Below, piece by piece: positions 50,241-63,050 of a stretch of DNA of 64,000 bases. Below the pieces are notes generated by a model. The model saw nothing but the letters and a program-made list of their open reading frames with translations, had not been told where the DNA came from and ran no database searches. Location of the stretch: NCBI RefSeq assembly GCF_963921235.1, contig NC_086097.1, forward strand, positions 46,440,001-46,504,000, given 5' to 3'. The first letter of the stretch is position 1, and each line of letters opens with the position of its first letter. A program made the translations under genes and the position numbers. This DNA comes from Mobula hypostoma (taxonomy: Eukaryota).

Positions 50241-51939
50241 GTAAGTTATAAGGAAAGCTACAAATGCAGCTAATATGGACTCACCCTTAAACTCCACAAT
50301 GGAATTTGTTAAATCAAGGCACACAATTGTTTAATAATTCACCCCTTTTCTACTATACAGCAATGATCATTTTTTTTCATTTATTCATGACAGTATATCA
50401 AGCTCATCTTCCATTCAATGTAAAATAGAATAGAATTAAGTAAAGATTTTATACAGAAACTAACTACTGTAAACATGCTATAGTAATAGTTATATGCTGG
50501 AATGCTGTACCATTCACATTTTGTTCCATTCCTATACTGAGCAGGGAAGGATATTTGATGCTGCAGAGTGATCAAGCCCCTAATGCAGATTATTCAGCTA
50601 TAAAACATGATAATCTAACAATATCTTTGTGTGGCGAGATAAAGAGGCAAAAATCACACTTCGTACATCATAAATATAACTGTTCTAACAATCTTTATCT
50701 ACTGTTGATATATGCAAAATAAAAATGACTCTTATTTTTCACTGCTTTTGCACATAGACCACAAAATATGTATTGTATTAAATTGTTCGTAGGTAAGGAG
50801 GAAGATGTTACATGTACTCTGGGATTGTTTTGTTTCATTTATATGTGCCATATTCTCTCCTCCTTTGTTCCTCCATGGTACTTTAAAAGCATGTCTGTTT
50901 TTTTTATATATTATGTACCATAAAATGAATTAAGAAATAGTAGTCTTTCATTTTTAGGATTGAAATAGAAAGTTTGTTGAATAAAGTCAGAATGCAGCTC
51001 ACTCATGCAGATCACAGAAGGACTGTATTGAGTTACCAATCTGTGTCAACCTGATTAATTTCAGATGAATAGTTAGTAGAGTACATCTTAGTAAACATTG
51101 ATTGTGATAAAACACGATTGATATTATCAGTGCTCGGGGATACAGTGCTAGTCAGTCAAGCATATCAATAAACATTGTTTAGTTGGTACACTTTTAATAC
51201 CATCTTTTGGACGAACATTATAAAGCATAATAGTCTTAATAGTGCTGTTAGTCTATGTCTGCTGGCAGTCAAAGCATTGAGATTAATGCTTTCAACATGT
51301 AATATCATCTTTTGAGATTTTAATAAACCCTGCTGATGTTTAGTCTCACACGCATCAGCCAGAACTGTTGATTTGTATCAATGAAGAACATATCATTATT
51401 GGCAATTTATAGTATTTGTTTATTGGCTTTTTTCTCTCTAAAAATGTAGCAAATCTGATTTAACATAAATCTAACTGAAGGTTTAATTTATTTAAGAGCT
51501 TCAACCAACAGTAAAGAGTGCCACAATAAATTAAAATCCAACCTCAACGTTAATTAAAATCACCTAGTTAACTGTACAGCATCATGTCAGGCAACCTTTG
51601 GTATTTTTCCCCTTCAGTTACCCTTGATTTGGTGTACCATTATCTATATGTGAGGAATTTAACAGGGACCATTCTCTGCCAGTAAAACTTGGGAACATTT
51701 TTTTCCCTAATTATATTTGCTTTGTGAAGGATCATGATTTCAAACCTAAGTTCTACTACCAGTTGGTACAATCATCACAGATCTTCCCAAACAATAACAT
51801 CTCCTGGTGTAATCAATATTCTTCAATATTCTGCAAACTGTCATGATTCAATACAACATGTAGCTTTTTTTGACAGTACAAGTAAATCTGTAGTAAGAAT
51901 TGAAGATTACCAATGGGAAATAATTTATTTTTGCAATAG

Positions 51940-52147
51940 ATATTTCCTGATCCCCATGAAAAATCAGAAAGGTTTCCTAAGATGACAAAAAGGCTGCCAT
52001 CAATAGTCGTTGAACCAACTGAGAGTGGTGAGGTTGAGAGTGGGGAGCTGCGATGGCCACCTGATGAAATGAACCTGTTGGAAGATGAAGGGCGTCACCT
52101 AAGTGAATTAACAACTAAACCAAAAATACTGGAAGATGGGGAAGAAG
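51940..52147 (+). CDS. lbhl: LBH-family protein, LBH-domain exon IFPDPHEKSERFPKMTKRLPSIVVEPTESGEVESGELRWPPDEMNLLEDEG...EDGEE; may read through to the stop at 52206
   Basis: Acceptor TTTATTTTTGCAATAG| at 51939, in frame with the upstream exon; hallmark RLPSIVVEP..GEVESGELRWPP; candidate donor AAG|GTAAAG at 52148. Confidence 0.93.
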
Positions 52148-55100
52148 GTAAAGCATGCTTTTCTTTTGGTGGACAGCTGATATCAAAGTGTATCACGCAA
52201 AAATGAATTCAATTGCAAATGAAGTAAAGCTGATGTTGCTATTCCTCTATATACTCTAACTGTGGCTTTTAAGCAAAGCTCTGAAACACGGTAAATTTTA
52301 CATGCGTTTAATGATGAGACTGACATCCTTAATTACTGAATTCAAATGAAGGTAAGCTGTACATCTGCAAACTTAAAGGCAGATTTAATCATCTGTGTTG
52401 ACACATTCACATCACAGCATGTCTTGATAACATACTTGCTTTATTACAACAAAATCCTAATAAATATGATATTAATTTATTCTGCAGTTTTAAACATTTT
52501 CAAATATAATCAATTTGCCAAATTTTACATCACGTTCTGATGGATGTCTCAAATAACGTTCAATCAGGAACTGAAAACTGTCAATGAGAAATGTTTAACT
52601 TCTTTGATTCTAACACAGAAGTGTGTTGCTCTTTCTGAATGGAAGGAGTAGCTAACTAACCATATACTGTATTGGACTGGGTTTTCCATATGTTAAATTG
52701 AGGAACAGCTTCTGCCTGGAAGTTGTGCTCAGGAACTGTGCAGTGATAATGAAGGAAACATAACTTTAAATCCTATGTGTTAATCCTAGCTCAACTGACT
52801 GACAGCTTATAATTAAAGTTACAATCAATTTGTTTTGGCCTTGGTATAGCTGAGAGAACTGTGGAAGTTGATAATGATGCAATTTTAACTCACGCATCTG
52901 ATTTACCACATTTCCTCCTTTGAGTTCTCTCTCTTCACCCAATTTTCTTAATTGGTAATTTTTCAAATGTGTCCCAAGAGAAGAACTCAATCTGCTCTCA
53001 TCTGACACCCATGAACAATTTCCTGAAACTCTCACAATGTTGGATCAGAATTAGAAATCTTACCCAACTATTCTCTAGTTAACTATAATCACGTGCACAA
53101 TTTTCCGACTATACTCTTGAGGTGAAGTATTCATGCAATATGAACTGGACTCAATTATGGCTATCACTACATAATGGGTATAGCATGTTCGAAGAATGCA
53201 TGTAACAATAACTGCTGTGAATTAGACTTGACCTAGCATATTCAAGTTTTTAATTTCTATAGGCAGAATGAGCTGAAAATATCACCAAAGTGAAACCAAG
53301 TACCTGGGACACAAGTAACATGGAAAAGACCGTAGATTGCACTTATCATAATTACTGCTGTTCAATGCATTTCACTAGAGGAGTAAACAATCACGTACTG
53401 TTCTCATGAAGCTGACTGGAAAGAAGTACACCTTGGACATTTCCCCATTTAGTTGTTCATCTGCCATTGCTACACCATTCGTGTCTAAATAACAACATCC
53501 CTTCTAGCCATGTCACAACTTCAACGTCATATTTTGTCCCAAGGGATTTCTAATCTAAGACAGTTATCTTCTGAACGGTTCCCCCAGAGTGAGGGTAATA
53601 CAGAGCATAATTTATGCTGACGTCTACTTCTCATCACATTAACTAGCTCAAATGAATCTCTGCAGGGGTCTGAAAGCAAGTTGCTTCTTACATGAATTTA
53701 ACATGAGAATATAGCAACAGAAACAAAATGGTGGCAGCTAGTGTTTGGGGATTTTCACAGGAACAAAGGTTCGCTGGAATGATCATATGTGTACGACTGT
53801 TCTTTTAGTATTTCTGTTTTGTAGTTAGACTCTTCATTACAGCAGTAAGCTCCAGAGGGGGAAGCAAATGGAATAGTGAAGAAGGGGGATAGCAGCTGAA
53901 CCTGCCAATGATCAGCAGAGGATAGATGTTATATGAGCCCCATGTTTGGCTCTATTTTGTCACAATTCTCAATGTAAATAATGTTTGCTTTATGCATAAA
54001 AAGCATGATATAAAGTATATTCAGTAAAATGCCATGTAGCAAAACATTTTGACGTATTTTCATTTCACTGGTGAGAAAAGCTGCAATAACTTTGCCTCAC
54101 ACTTTCAATAAATGCCTGTCTGATGACAATGACGGTGTTCCATTGTCTAGTGACCAAACCAGTAATGTTAATTCTGTTCATTCTAGATATATCATCACAA
54201 CCCAGTCAGATACCAGAAATCGAAATGAACTATTCTGGTCAAAGAACATCAGAAAGCTCAAATGACAGCAGCTAAAAGCAAACTTGACCTGACTGGAACC
54301 CCACTGTGAATGTTTGGTCACAGACTGGAATTTGATAGAGAACCTCAAAAGGAATTCTGAGTCAACAGACTTGTTTGTCAAAAGGCTTCATCTGAATGTT
54401 TTGCAGTTACTTGAATTTCTGACAATTATTTATATATGTGGTGGTTGATGTTATGTAGAGATAGTATTTATTGTTTCTATATTGTCTGTGTCTTAAACCT
54501 CAAGGATGAGGTATATATTTAAGTTTTATGTCCACATTTGATCAACAATGTATTTAGTTGTATACATAGCTACAGAGGTAGTAGCTGCTTTCACTCTTCT
54601 TAAAATTCAATCACCACACCTGATCCAAATATTACTTAAATTGGACTAAAATAGTCATTGTAATGAAGTATTCACAAGTATTCCAGGCATATTAGTGTAA
54701 ATGTCAATTAAGAATAAGAAAAGGTAATCTAAACTAATTCTGCTGTAAAAACACTCACTAGTATTTTTTCACTGGTGCAGGAAACTTGGAGGAGTTTGCA
54801 GCTTTGGAATGCCAGAGGCTATCTGTAGGCCGGGATATTGGTTTCTGAAAAGCAACAATTGTTTAACACTGTGATTTATAAAGCTGAGACAACCTGGATA
54901 GAAATCAATTAGTAATTTAAGGGAAAAAAATGTAAGTTTGAGGTCTTGTTATTTTAAACCTGGCAAGTTGGCACAGCACAGAGCCTGTTCCCAGGCAACA
55001 AAAGAAATGAATAGGACTGAGATCAATAGAGTGAGCAGCGGAAAAGTACTACAAGGCCAAACTCTGCCTAAACCTTTACATATTATTTGTGATATTTTAT

Positions 55101-58100
55101 ATGGGAAGTGTCTTTTCTGTTTATATGAGAGTTCATTTTGAAGTCAAAAGCCTTCGATCTTTTTCACTGCTGCCACCATTAAAATCTTACGTTTAAATGT
55201 CAGTTTATTTGCAGAGCACTGATGAAAAATGGACAGACTTTCATTCTTCTAATTCTTTGCTATATTCATCCCAAAGAATTAACAGGGTGGGATAACAGAT
55301 GTCATCAGAAAGATATACAATATATGTATGATATTATAAAAGGCAGAGAAATGTATGTGTCATGAAAAAGTCAAAGCAAATTCAGTACCAGGGATGAATT
55401 ATTCAAAATTATTGGGCATGTTATGGACTGGTAGAAGATATAGGTATCCATTTTAAGCATTGCTGGAAATTCAGAGAAGCAGCACCAATTGAGTCACATT
55501 GAAGGAACCTAGAAGTGAGTTACACCTCCAATCTCATCATTTCAGTTTAAAAATTTGAACCTTACTGTCAGTGAAACAGCTATTCAACTCTGCTCTTGTA
55601 CTTGGTTAATTCTGTGACAGATAATGTTTTAATTTGAAGTTCTTTCTCTTACATTCAGAAAACCAGCATTACCTATCCATAGCAGACTTCTGTTTCAACT
55701 ACAAACAAATCAGGATTCCGAAATGATTTTCCAGACCTCTTGGGAAAAAATATGTTATTTGGTTTCTTGATTGAAAAGGGGAAAAATAACCGTAAAAGCT
55801 CCCTTTACTAAATTACACTATTCTTTCCATCACTTTGCCTTGATTTGATGGCATTGGCACAGCAGAATAGAAATTGATTTAACTGACATGATGAATGCAT
55901 TATAAAAGCAACAAGATAATTGGTGTGTCAATCGAATACACAATATTTAAACTTTGACCAATATATTTATTAACATTCATTAATTGACCTTTTATGTGCA
56001 TCACTTATTAAGGTTTAAATTTGGAAGGCATGAAATATGATATTCAGTAGTTGATGAATACAGATGGAAATGATTCAAATCTGTGCAGTGCACCAGAGGA
56101 AGGCTCGTATAATTCTGGATAACTTGCACCTCCAGCAATCTCATTAAATTGTCCAAATCTGCGAGTTTTGAATGAGCTGAATTAAAGAAGGTCTGCTGCT
56201 GTTTATATTTGCATTGGAAGATTCCTTGATGTATCAGCTTTCTCATACCTTGTGCAAAATGGAAATGGGAACCACACAATCTAAGAGTGACTCTGGCACA
56301 AATCTTTAGCAGAAGCTTGTTCAATCCGGGCTTGGTCCCTTGCTCCTGTGGTTGTAAATCACTTGGTAAGTCATCATGAGCTTCTTTCCTCCCCCTCTCC
56401 CTCCAAACCTCAAATATGCTACCATCCCTCTTAGAAAAATGGTAGATTTAATTTCTGCACCCTCTCACTTCAAAATAATAATTTGTTCTCTAAAGGTCTG
56501 GAAAATCACCGTGAAATCCTTCATTTGTTTTTATTTGGCTTTATCAGACTGCTGCTAAGTACCACAGTAAATTTTTGCCCACTCCCTGTTGAGTACTCCA
56601 ATGTGCCAAAATGGTGGAGGTGTCTGTTCAAAATATGTACGTGACTGACTTAATAACTTTGGCCAGAAGCTGGGCAAGATGCTGAACCCTGTCCCTCTTT
56701 TGGCAAGGCAGTGATCAAACAACATATTGCTGATTTGTACAATGGCTACATTTGTTCTACTTATTTGATTCTATTTCTCTGTCATGGTGATTAATTTTAA
56801 AAATCAAATATAATTCAGCATTTTCTTAAACATATCCTGAGTTTACATTTTCATAATGCTGCTTTCAATCCTTTCAATTTGTGGAATTTTAGTTCATTAC
56901 AGCTTATAACAGAACATAATCAGTTTTAGATTGGTACCCTCGAAAAGCATAATTAAAATATCACGATGATAGTTTTCTCCCTTCTGCAAAATGCCAGCAG
57001 TCACCAAAGACTTGCAGCTATTCCTTGTGCTAAACATTGCAGGTATATAGTCAGAAGGAAGAATAATTTCCACAGTTCAACTCTTGTTTGTGAACTGCAC
57101 ATAGTTCACTGTACACTGTCTTTGTTGGGGCAAGGTTACCATCATGTTTACAAATATAGAATTAAAAGGAAGTTGAAGATATTGAATATGTGAGCCGTAT
57201 ATCTTTGGTGGTTAAATATCTGTAAAAATTCTGCTGACATACCAAAACATTTACATTAGTTTTTCCAAAGGCTGATATTTATTTGCATACTGAAAATACA
57301 CAATACTGGTGTTGTGCAGTGATCAGAGAAGAGCAATGAAATTCAATGTAGGTAATAGGATAGTCTCCATATGTTTGAAATAATGTAAGTGTCTAAAAAT
57401 AAGACACTGTTTGAATCATTGTCTGTTTCCAAAGAGCTCATCCATTTACCATGTTTGTGCTAGAGCAATAGAACTTCATATGGCAACAGAACATATAACT
57501 CAGTTCTCAATTCTGTGACCATTTCCTATTTAGTACCAGCCTTTACAATAGGCATGCACATTTGTGATACTGTAACCTGCAAAAGACAGGTCTGACTTTG
57601 TTTCTAGTAGTTTGTTCAGCAAGAAGTGTAAGTGCCACTTCCTTGTTTCTACGGTTCAACAAAGTTTCTGATGCTCCGCTGAGCTGTAATTAAAGTACAC
57701 TGTTTGTGCATATGGTTTCAAAATAAAATGAATTGAAAAACACAGCCTTAATTATCGTTTCCATTCAAATGAAATAAATACATGTAGCATAAAAATGAGA
57801 ACTCTAGTTTAAGGAAAAATATTTTTTTAACATCTGATAACTGCTCTTCTTTCACTGGTGAAATAATATGGTTGAAAGGTTTCAAGGTACGGTACAGAAA
57901 GTCTCCAGGTGATCATTGTACAGTTTGAGAATTATATTAAAATGTAGAATAATAGCTGAATAGTTTCCTCATGAAACTACTTGTGCAAAAATAGGTATTT
58001 TCTTCCAGTGACTGTTTGCTATTTTCATTCCATTCTTTAGTTGTGATTTCGCTTGTGATTCTGATGCCTTTTCTTTTTTTTTCAGTGTATTCTTCCTATA

Positions 58101-58519
58101 AGTCTGTGATTTCCTTTGATAATGTATCCTATTGTCCATTATTTTATGTTATTCATTCAATAACTTAATAAGTGCTTTCCTTGTTGCCTCCCAGGGCAGT
58201 CAGCAGCATGGCTACCCACAGGGGAGAAGCTGCACAGAGCAAACATATGACAGAAGTAGACAGCGGAGATGGGTACGGTAAACAGGGAGATCAAAGTAGG
58301 ATCAAAGTAGGGTCATTGAAAATATGCACTTGATGGTTGGTCCTGACTTGATGAGTTGTTAAGGGCATGCTCACCCAATTATTTGAAAAGGTGGTAGAAC
58401 TGACCACTGGAATAGACAGAAAGAGAACCATAACCCCATAGAAAATGTACAATGCAAAAACAAGGTAATTCTGTATCTGTGCCATCAAAGACGATAACTC
58501 CGCCTAATCATACCCTCCA

Positions 58520-58922
58520 GCTTTATCATCATGATATGCCATATGGTATAATGTGGGTGATCATGGTCTTTCCATGACCATGATTGTCCTAGGCAAATTT
58601 TTCTACAGAAGTAGTTTGCCATTGCCTTCTTCTGAGCAGTATCTTTATAAGACAGGTGACCCCAGCCATTATCAAATTCTTCAGAGATTGTCTGTCTTGC
58701 GTCAGTGGTTGCATAACCAAGGATTAGTGATATGCACCAGCTGATTCTATGACCATCCATCACCTGCTCCCATGGCTTCACAAGACCCTGCTATCTGGGG
58801 GGGGCGGTGGGGGGGTTACTACGCAGGTGCTACACCTTGTCCAAAGGGTGACCTGCAGACTAGAGAAGGGAAGGAGTGCCTTACACCTCCTTTGGTAGAG
58901 ATATATCCCCACCCTGACACCC
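58520..58922 (-). mobile_element. RTE-related SINE (BovA-like bipartite element)
   Basis: Minus strand begins GGGTGTCAGGGTGGGGATATATCTCTACCAAAGGAGG; contains GAAGAAGGCAATGGCAAACTACTT (RTE/BovA 3' motif); ends (ATG)n. Confidence 0.65.
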
Positions 58923-59077
58923 TCCAGCACTGAATGAAAAACCCTACAGATTATAGCTCTTCAGATGGCTCCTCCAATTTTGTGTTAAATGAAATGAGGT
59001 TTGAGCCTATACCAGCCTTCCAGGCGGTGAGATCTTGACCCCTAACATGCTCTGAATGAAAATACTTTCCTCAAGGT

Positions 59078-60965
59078 CACTTAAATTCAAAGTTCAAAAT
59101 AAATTTCTTATCAAAGTATACATATGTCACCATATACAGCCCTGAGATTCGCTGTCTTCCGGATGTACATAACAAATCCAAGAACCATAATAGGATCAAT
59201 GAAAGGCTGCACCCAACAGGGTGAACAAACAACCAGTGTGCAAAAACAACAATCAGAATCAGAATCAGGTTTATTATCACCAGCATGTGACATGAAATTT
59301 GTTAACTTAGCAGCAGTAGTTCAATGCAATATATAATCTAGAAGGGAAAAATATTAAATAAAATAATATAATAATAGTAAATAAATAAGTAAATCAATTA
59401 CAGTATATGTCTATAGAATAGATTAAAAAACGTGCAAAAATCAGAAATGCTGTATATTATAAACAAAAAGTGAGGTAGTGTCCAAGAGTTCAATGTCCAT
59501 TTTAGGAATCGGATGGCAGAGGGGAAGAAACTGTTCCTGAATCACCAAGTGTGTGTCTTCAGGCTTCTGTACCTCCTACCTGATGGTAACAGTGAGAAAA
59601 GGGCATGCTCTGGGTGCTGGAGGTCTTTAATAATAGACACCGCCTTTCTGAGACACCACTCCTTGAAGATGCCCTGCGTACTTTGTAGGCTAGTACCGAA
59701 GATGGAGCTGACTAGATTTACAACCTTCTGCAGCTTCTTTTGGTCCTGTGCAGTAGACCCTCCATACCAGACAGTGATGCAGCCTGTCAGAATGCTCTCC
59801 ACGGTACATCTATAGAAGTTTTTGAGTATATTTGTTGACATACCAAATCTCTTCAAACTCCTAATGAAGTATAGCCACTGTCTTGCTTTCCTTATAACTA
59901 CGTTTGTACAGCTATATGTTGAGACCAGGTTAGGTCCTCAGAGATCTTGACACCCAGGTACTTGAAACTGCTCACTCTCTCCACTTCTGATCCCTCTATG
60001 AGGATTGGTATGTGTTCCTTCATCTTACCCTTTCTGAAGTCCACAATCAGCTCTTTCATCTTACTGACGTTGAGTGCCAGGTTGTTGCTGCGACACCACT
60101 CTACTAGTTGGCATATCTCACTCCTGTACGCCCTCTCATCACCACCTGAGATTCTACCAACAATGGTTGTACCATCAGCAAATATATAGATGGTACTTGA
60201 ACTGTGCCTAGCCACACAGTCATGGGTATAGAGAGAGTAGAGCAGTGGGCAAAGCACACACCCCCAAGGTGCAGCAGTGTTGATTGTCAGCGAGGAGGAG
60301 ATGTTATCACCAATCCACACAGATTGTGGTCTTCGGGTTAGGAAGTCAAGGATCCAGTTGCAGAGGCCCAGGTTCTACAATTTCTCAATCAGGACTGTGG
60401 GAATGATGGTATTAAATGCTGGGCTATAGTCCATGAATAGCATCCTACATAGGTGTTTGTGTTGTCTAGAGGTCTAAAACCATGTGGAGAGCCACTGCGC
60501 TGGCATCTGCCGTTGACCTATTGTGGTGATAGGCAAATTGCAATGGGTCCAGGTCCTTGCTGAGGCAGGAGTTCAGCCTAGTCATGACCAACCTCTCAAA
60601 TCATTTCATCACTGTCGACGTGAGTGCTAAAAACAGAAATAATAATAAATAAGTAAGCAGTAAACACTGAAAACATGAAATGAAGAGTCCTTGAAAGTGA
60701 CAACATAGGTTGTGGGAACAGTTCAGTGAGGGGGCGAGTGCAGTTGAGTGAAGTTATCCCCACTGGTTCAAGAGCCTGATGGTTGAGGAATAATAACTGT
60801 TCCTGAACTGGTCGTGAAAGTCCTGAGGCTCCTGTTCCTTCTTCCAGATGGCAGCAGTGAGAAGGGAACATACTCTAGGAGAGGAGAATAATGGGGATCC
60901 CTGATGATGGATGCTGCTTTTCTGCGACAGACTCCATGTAGACGTATTCAACACTGGGGAGAGTT
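59078..60965 (-). mobile_element. Nested Rex1/Babar elements: a younger copy (about 59250-60600) inside an older 3' fragment (59078-59250 and 60625-60965)
   Basis: ORFs 59898..60320 ([32 protein letters not shown]) and 59542..59856; two separate tails, (TTCAAA)n at about 59085 and (ATCAGA)n at about 59252. Confidence 0.85.
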
Positions 60966-61458
60966 TTAACTGATATCATCAAATGCTTCAAGTATATGCC
61001 CCCTAGATTTTGGGAAATATGTTCCTTCCAATTGTTCTAGCTAAGGTATACATAATTTTATACACCACTGCTAAACTTTCCCTCAGCTTCCTCTGTTCTG
61101 AAGAAAACAAAATGAATTTTTCTAAACTTTTCTCATAGCTACAACTTTCCAGTAATGGTCTTAGAGTTAATTCAGTGATACAATATTACAGCCATGGTGA
61201 CCACCAATTACCCATTTACACTAATACCATTTTATTCTCCCCATCTCCCCATCAAATGCTCATCATTTGACCTCACAATCCTACACATCAGAGGCTACTT
61301 CAAGTTCAAGTTCAAGTTTATTGTCATTCAACCACCAAATGAGGCAACATTCCTCTGGACCAAGGTGCACAACACCTTGAACCCATACATAACTCATATT
61401 CGTAACACATAAAGTAATATTACCACAACTCAATTAACAAATATTGAGGTGCATATAC

Positions 61459-63050
61459 TAGAGAGAGGGTTACCATAACTAGAGAGAAGGTTCTTGGGAA
61501 ACTGAATGGTCTGGAGGTAAATAAGTCACCTGGACCAGATGGTATGCACCCTAGGGTTCTGAAAGAGGGTGCTGAAGAGATTGTGGAGGCATTGGTAATA
61601 AACTTGCAAGGATCACTAGACTCTAGGATGAGTCTGGAAAACTGGAAAATTGCAAATGTCACTCCACTCTTCAAGAAGGGGAAGAGGCAGAAGAGAGGAA
61701 ACTATAGGCCAGTTAGTTTGACCTCAGTGGCTGGGAAGATGTTGGAGTCAATTTTTAAGGAAGAGGTCTCAGGGTACTTGGAGGCACATGATAAAACAGG
61801 TCATAGTCAGCATGGCTTACTTAGGGGAATTTTTGCCTGACAAATCTGTCGGAATTCTTTGAAGAAGTAACAAACAGGACAGACAAAGGAGAATAGGTTG
61901 ATGTTGTATACTTGGATTTTCAGAAGCCCTTTGACCTGGTGTCATACATGGGGCTGCTTAACAAACTAAGAGCCTATTGTATTACGGGAAAGATTCTAGC
62001 ATGGGTGAAGCAATGGCTGATTGAAAGGAGGCAAAGAGAGAGAACAAAGGGGGCCTTTTCTGGCTGGCTGCCTGTGACTAGTGGTATTCCACAGGAGTCT
62101 GTGATGAGATCAATTCTTTTTATGTTATATGGCAATGATTTGGATGATGAAATTGTTGGCTTTGTTGAAAAGTTTGCAGACGATATGAAGATAGGTGGAG
62201 GGACAGGTAGTTTTAAGTAAGTAGAGAGTCTACAGAAGGACTTAGACATCTTAGGAAAATGGGCAAAGAAATGGCGGATGGAATACAATGTGGAGAAGTG
62301 TATGGCCAAGCACTTTGGTAGAAGAAATGAAAGGGTTGACAATTTTCTAAAAGGAGAGAAAATTTAAAAATGCCTGGTGCAAGGAGACTTGGCAGTGCTT
62401 GTGTAAGATTCCCACAAGGTTTATTTGCAGGTGGAGTCTGTGGTGAGGAAGGCTAGTGCAATGTTACCATTCTTTTCAAGTGGACTAGAGTATAAAAACA
62501 AGGATGTAATGTTGAGACTTTATAAAGGACTGGTGAGGCCTCACTTGGAGTATTGTGAGCAGTTTTGGGCCCCTTATCTTAGAAAGGATGTGCTGAAACT
62601 GGAGAGGGTCGAAGGAGGTTCACGAAACAGGCTTGTCATATGAAGAGTGTTTGATGTCTCTGGGCCTGTATTCACTGGAATTCAGAAGAACGAGGGGTGA
62701 TCTCATTGAAACCTATCAAATGGTGAAAGGCCTTGATGGAGTGGATGTGGAGAGGATGTTTCCTATGCTGGGAGAATCTAAGATCAGAGGACACAGCCCT
62801 AGAATAGAGGGGCGTCCTTTTAGAACAGAGATGAGGAAGAATTAGAACAGAGAGTGGTGAATCTGTGGAATTCTTTGCCACAGGCAGCTATGGAGGCCAG
62901 GTTTTTATGTAAATTTAAGGCAGAGGTTGCTAGATTCTTGATTGGTCAGGGCATGAAAGAAAAATTGGATCAGCCATGACGAAATGGCAGAGGAGACTCG
63001 ATGGGCCAAATAGCTTAATTCTTCTCCTATATCTTATGGCCTTATGGTCT
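61459..63050 (+). mobile_element. 5'-truncated CR1 LINE with a 7-bp TSD, inserted into a Rex1-type 3' end (61300-61458 and 63051-63460, minus)
   Basis: KSPGPDGMHPRVLKE, NYRPVSLTS, FADDMK, LVRPHLEYC; tail (CTTATGG)n; CATATAC at 61452-61458 and 63051-63057. Confidence 0.93.

Noticed and set aside
56001..56324. 107-aa minus-strand ORF
   Set aside because: Non-ATG start and no recognisable homology.
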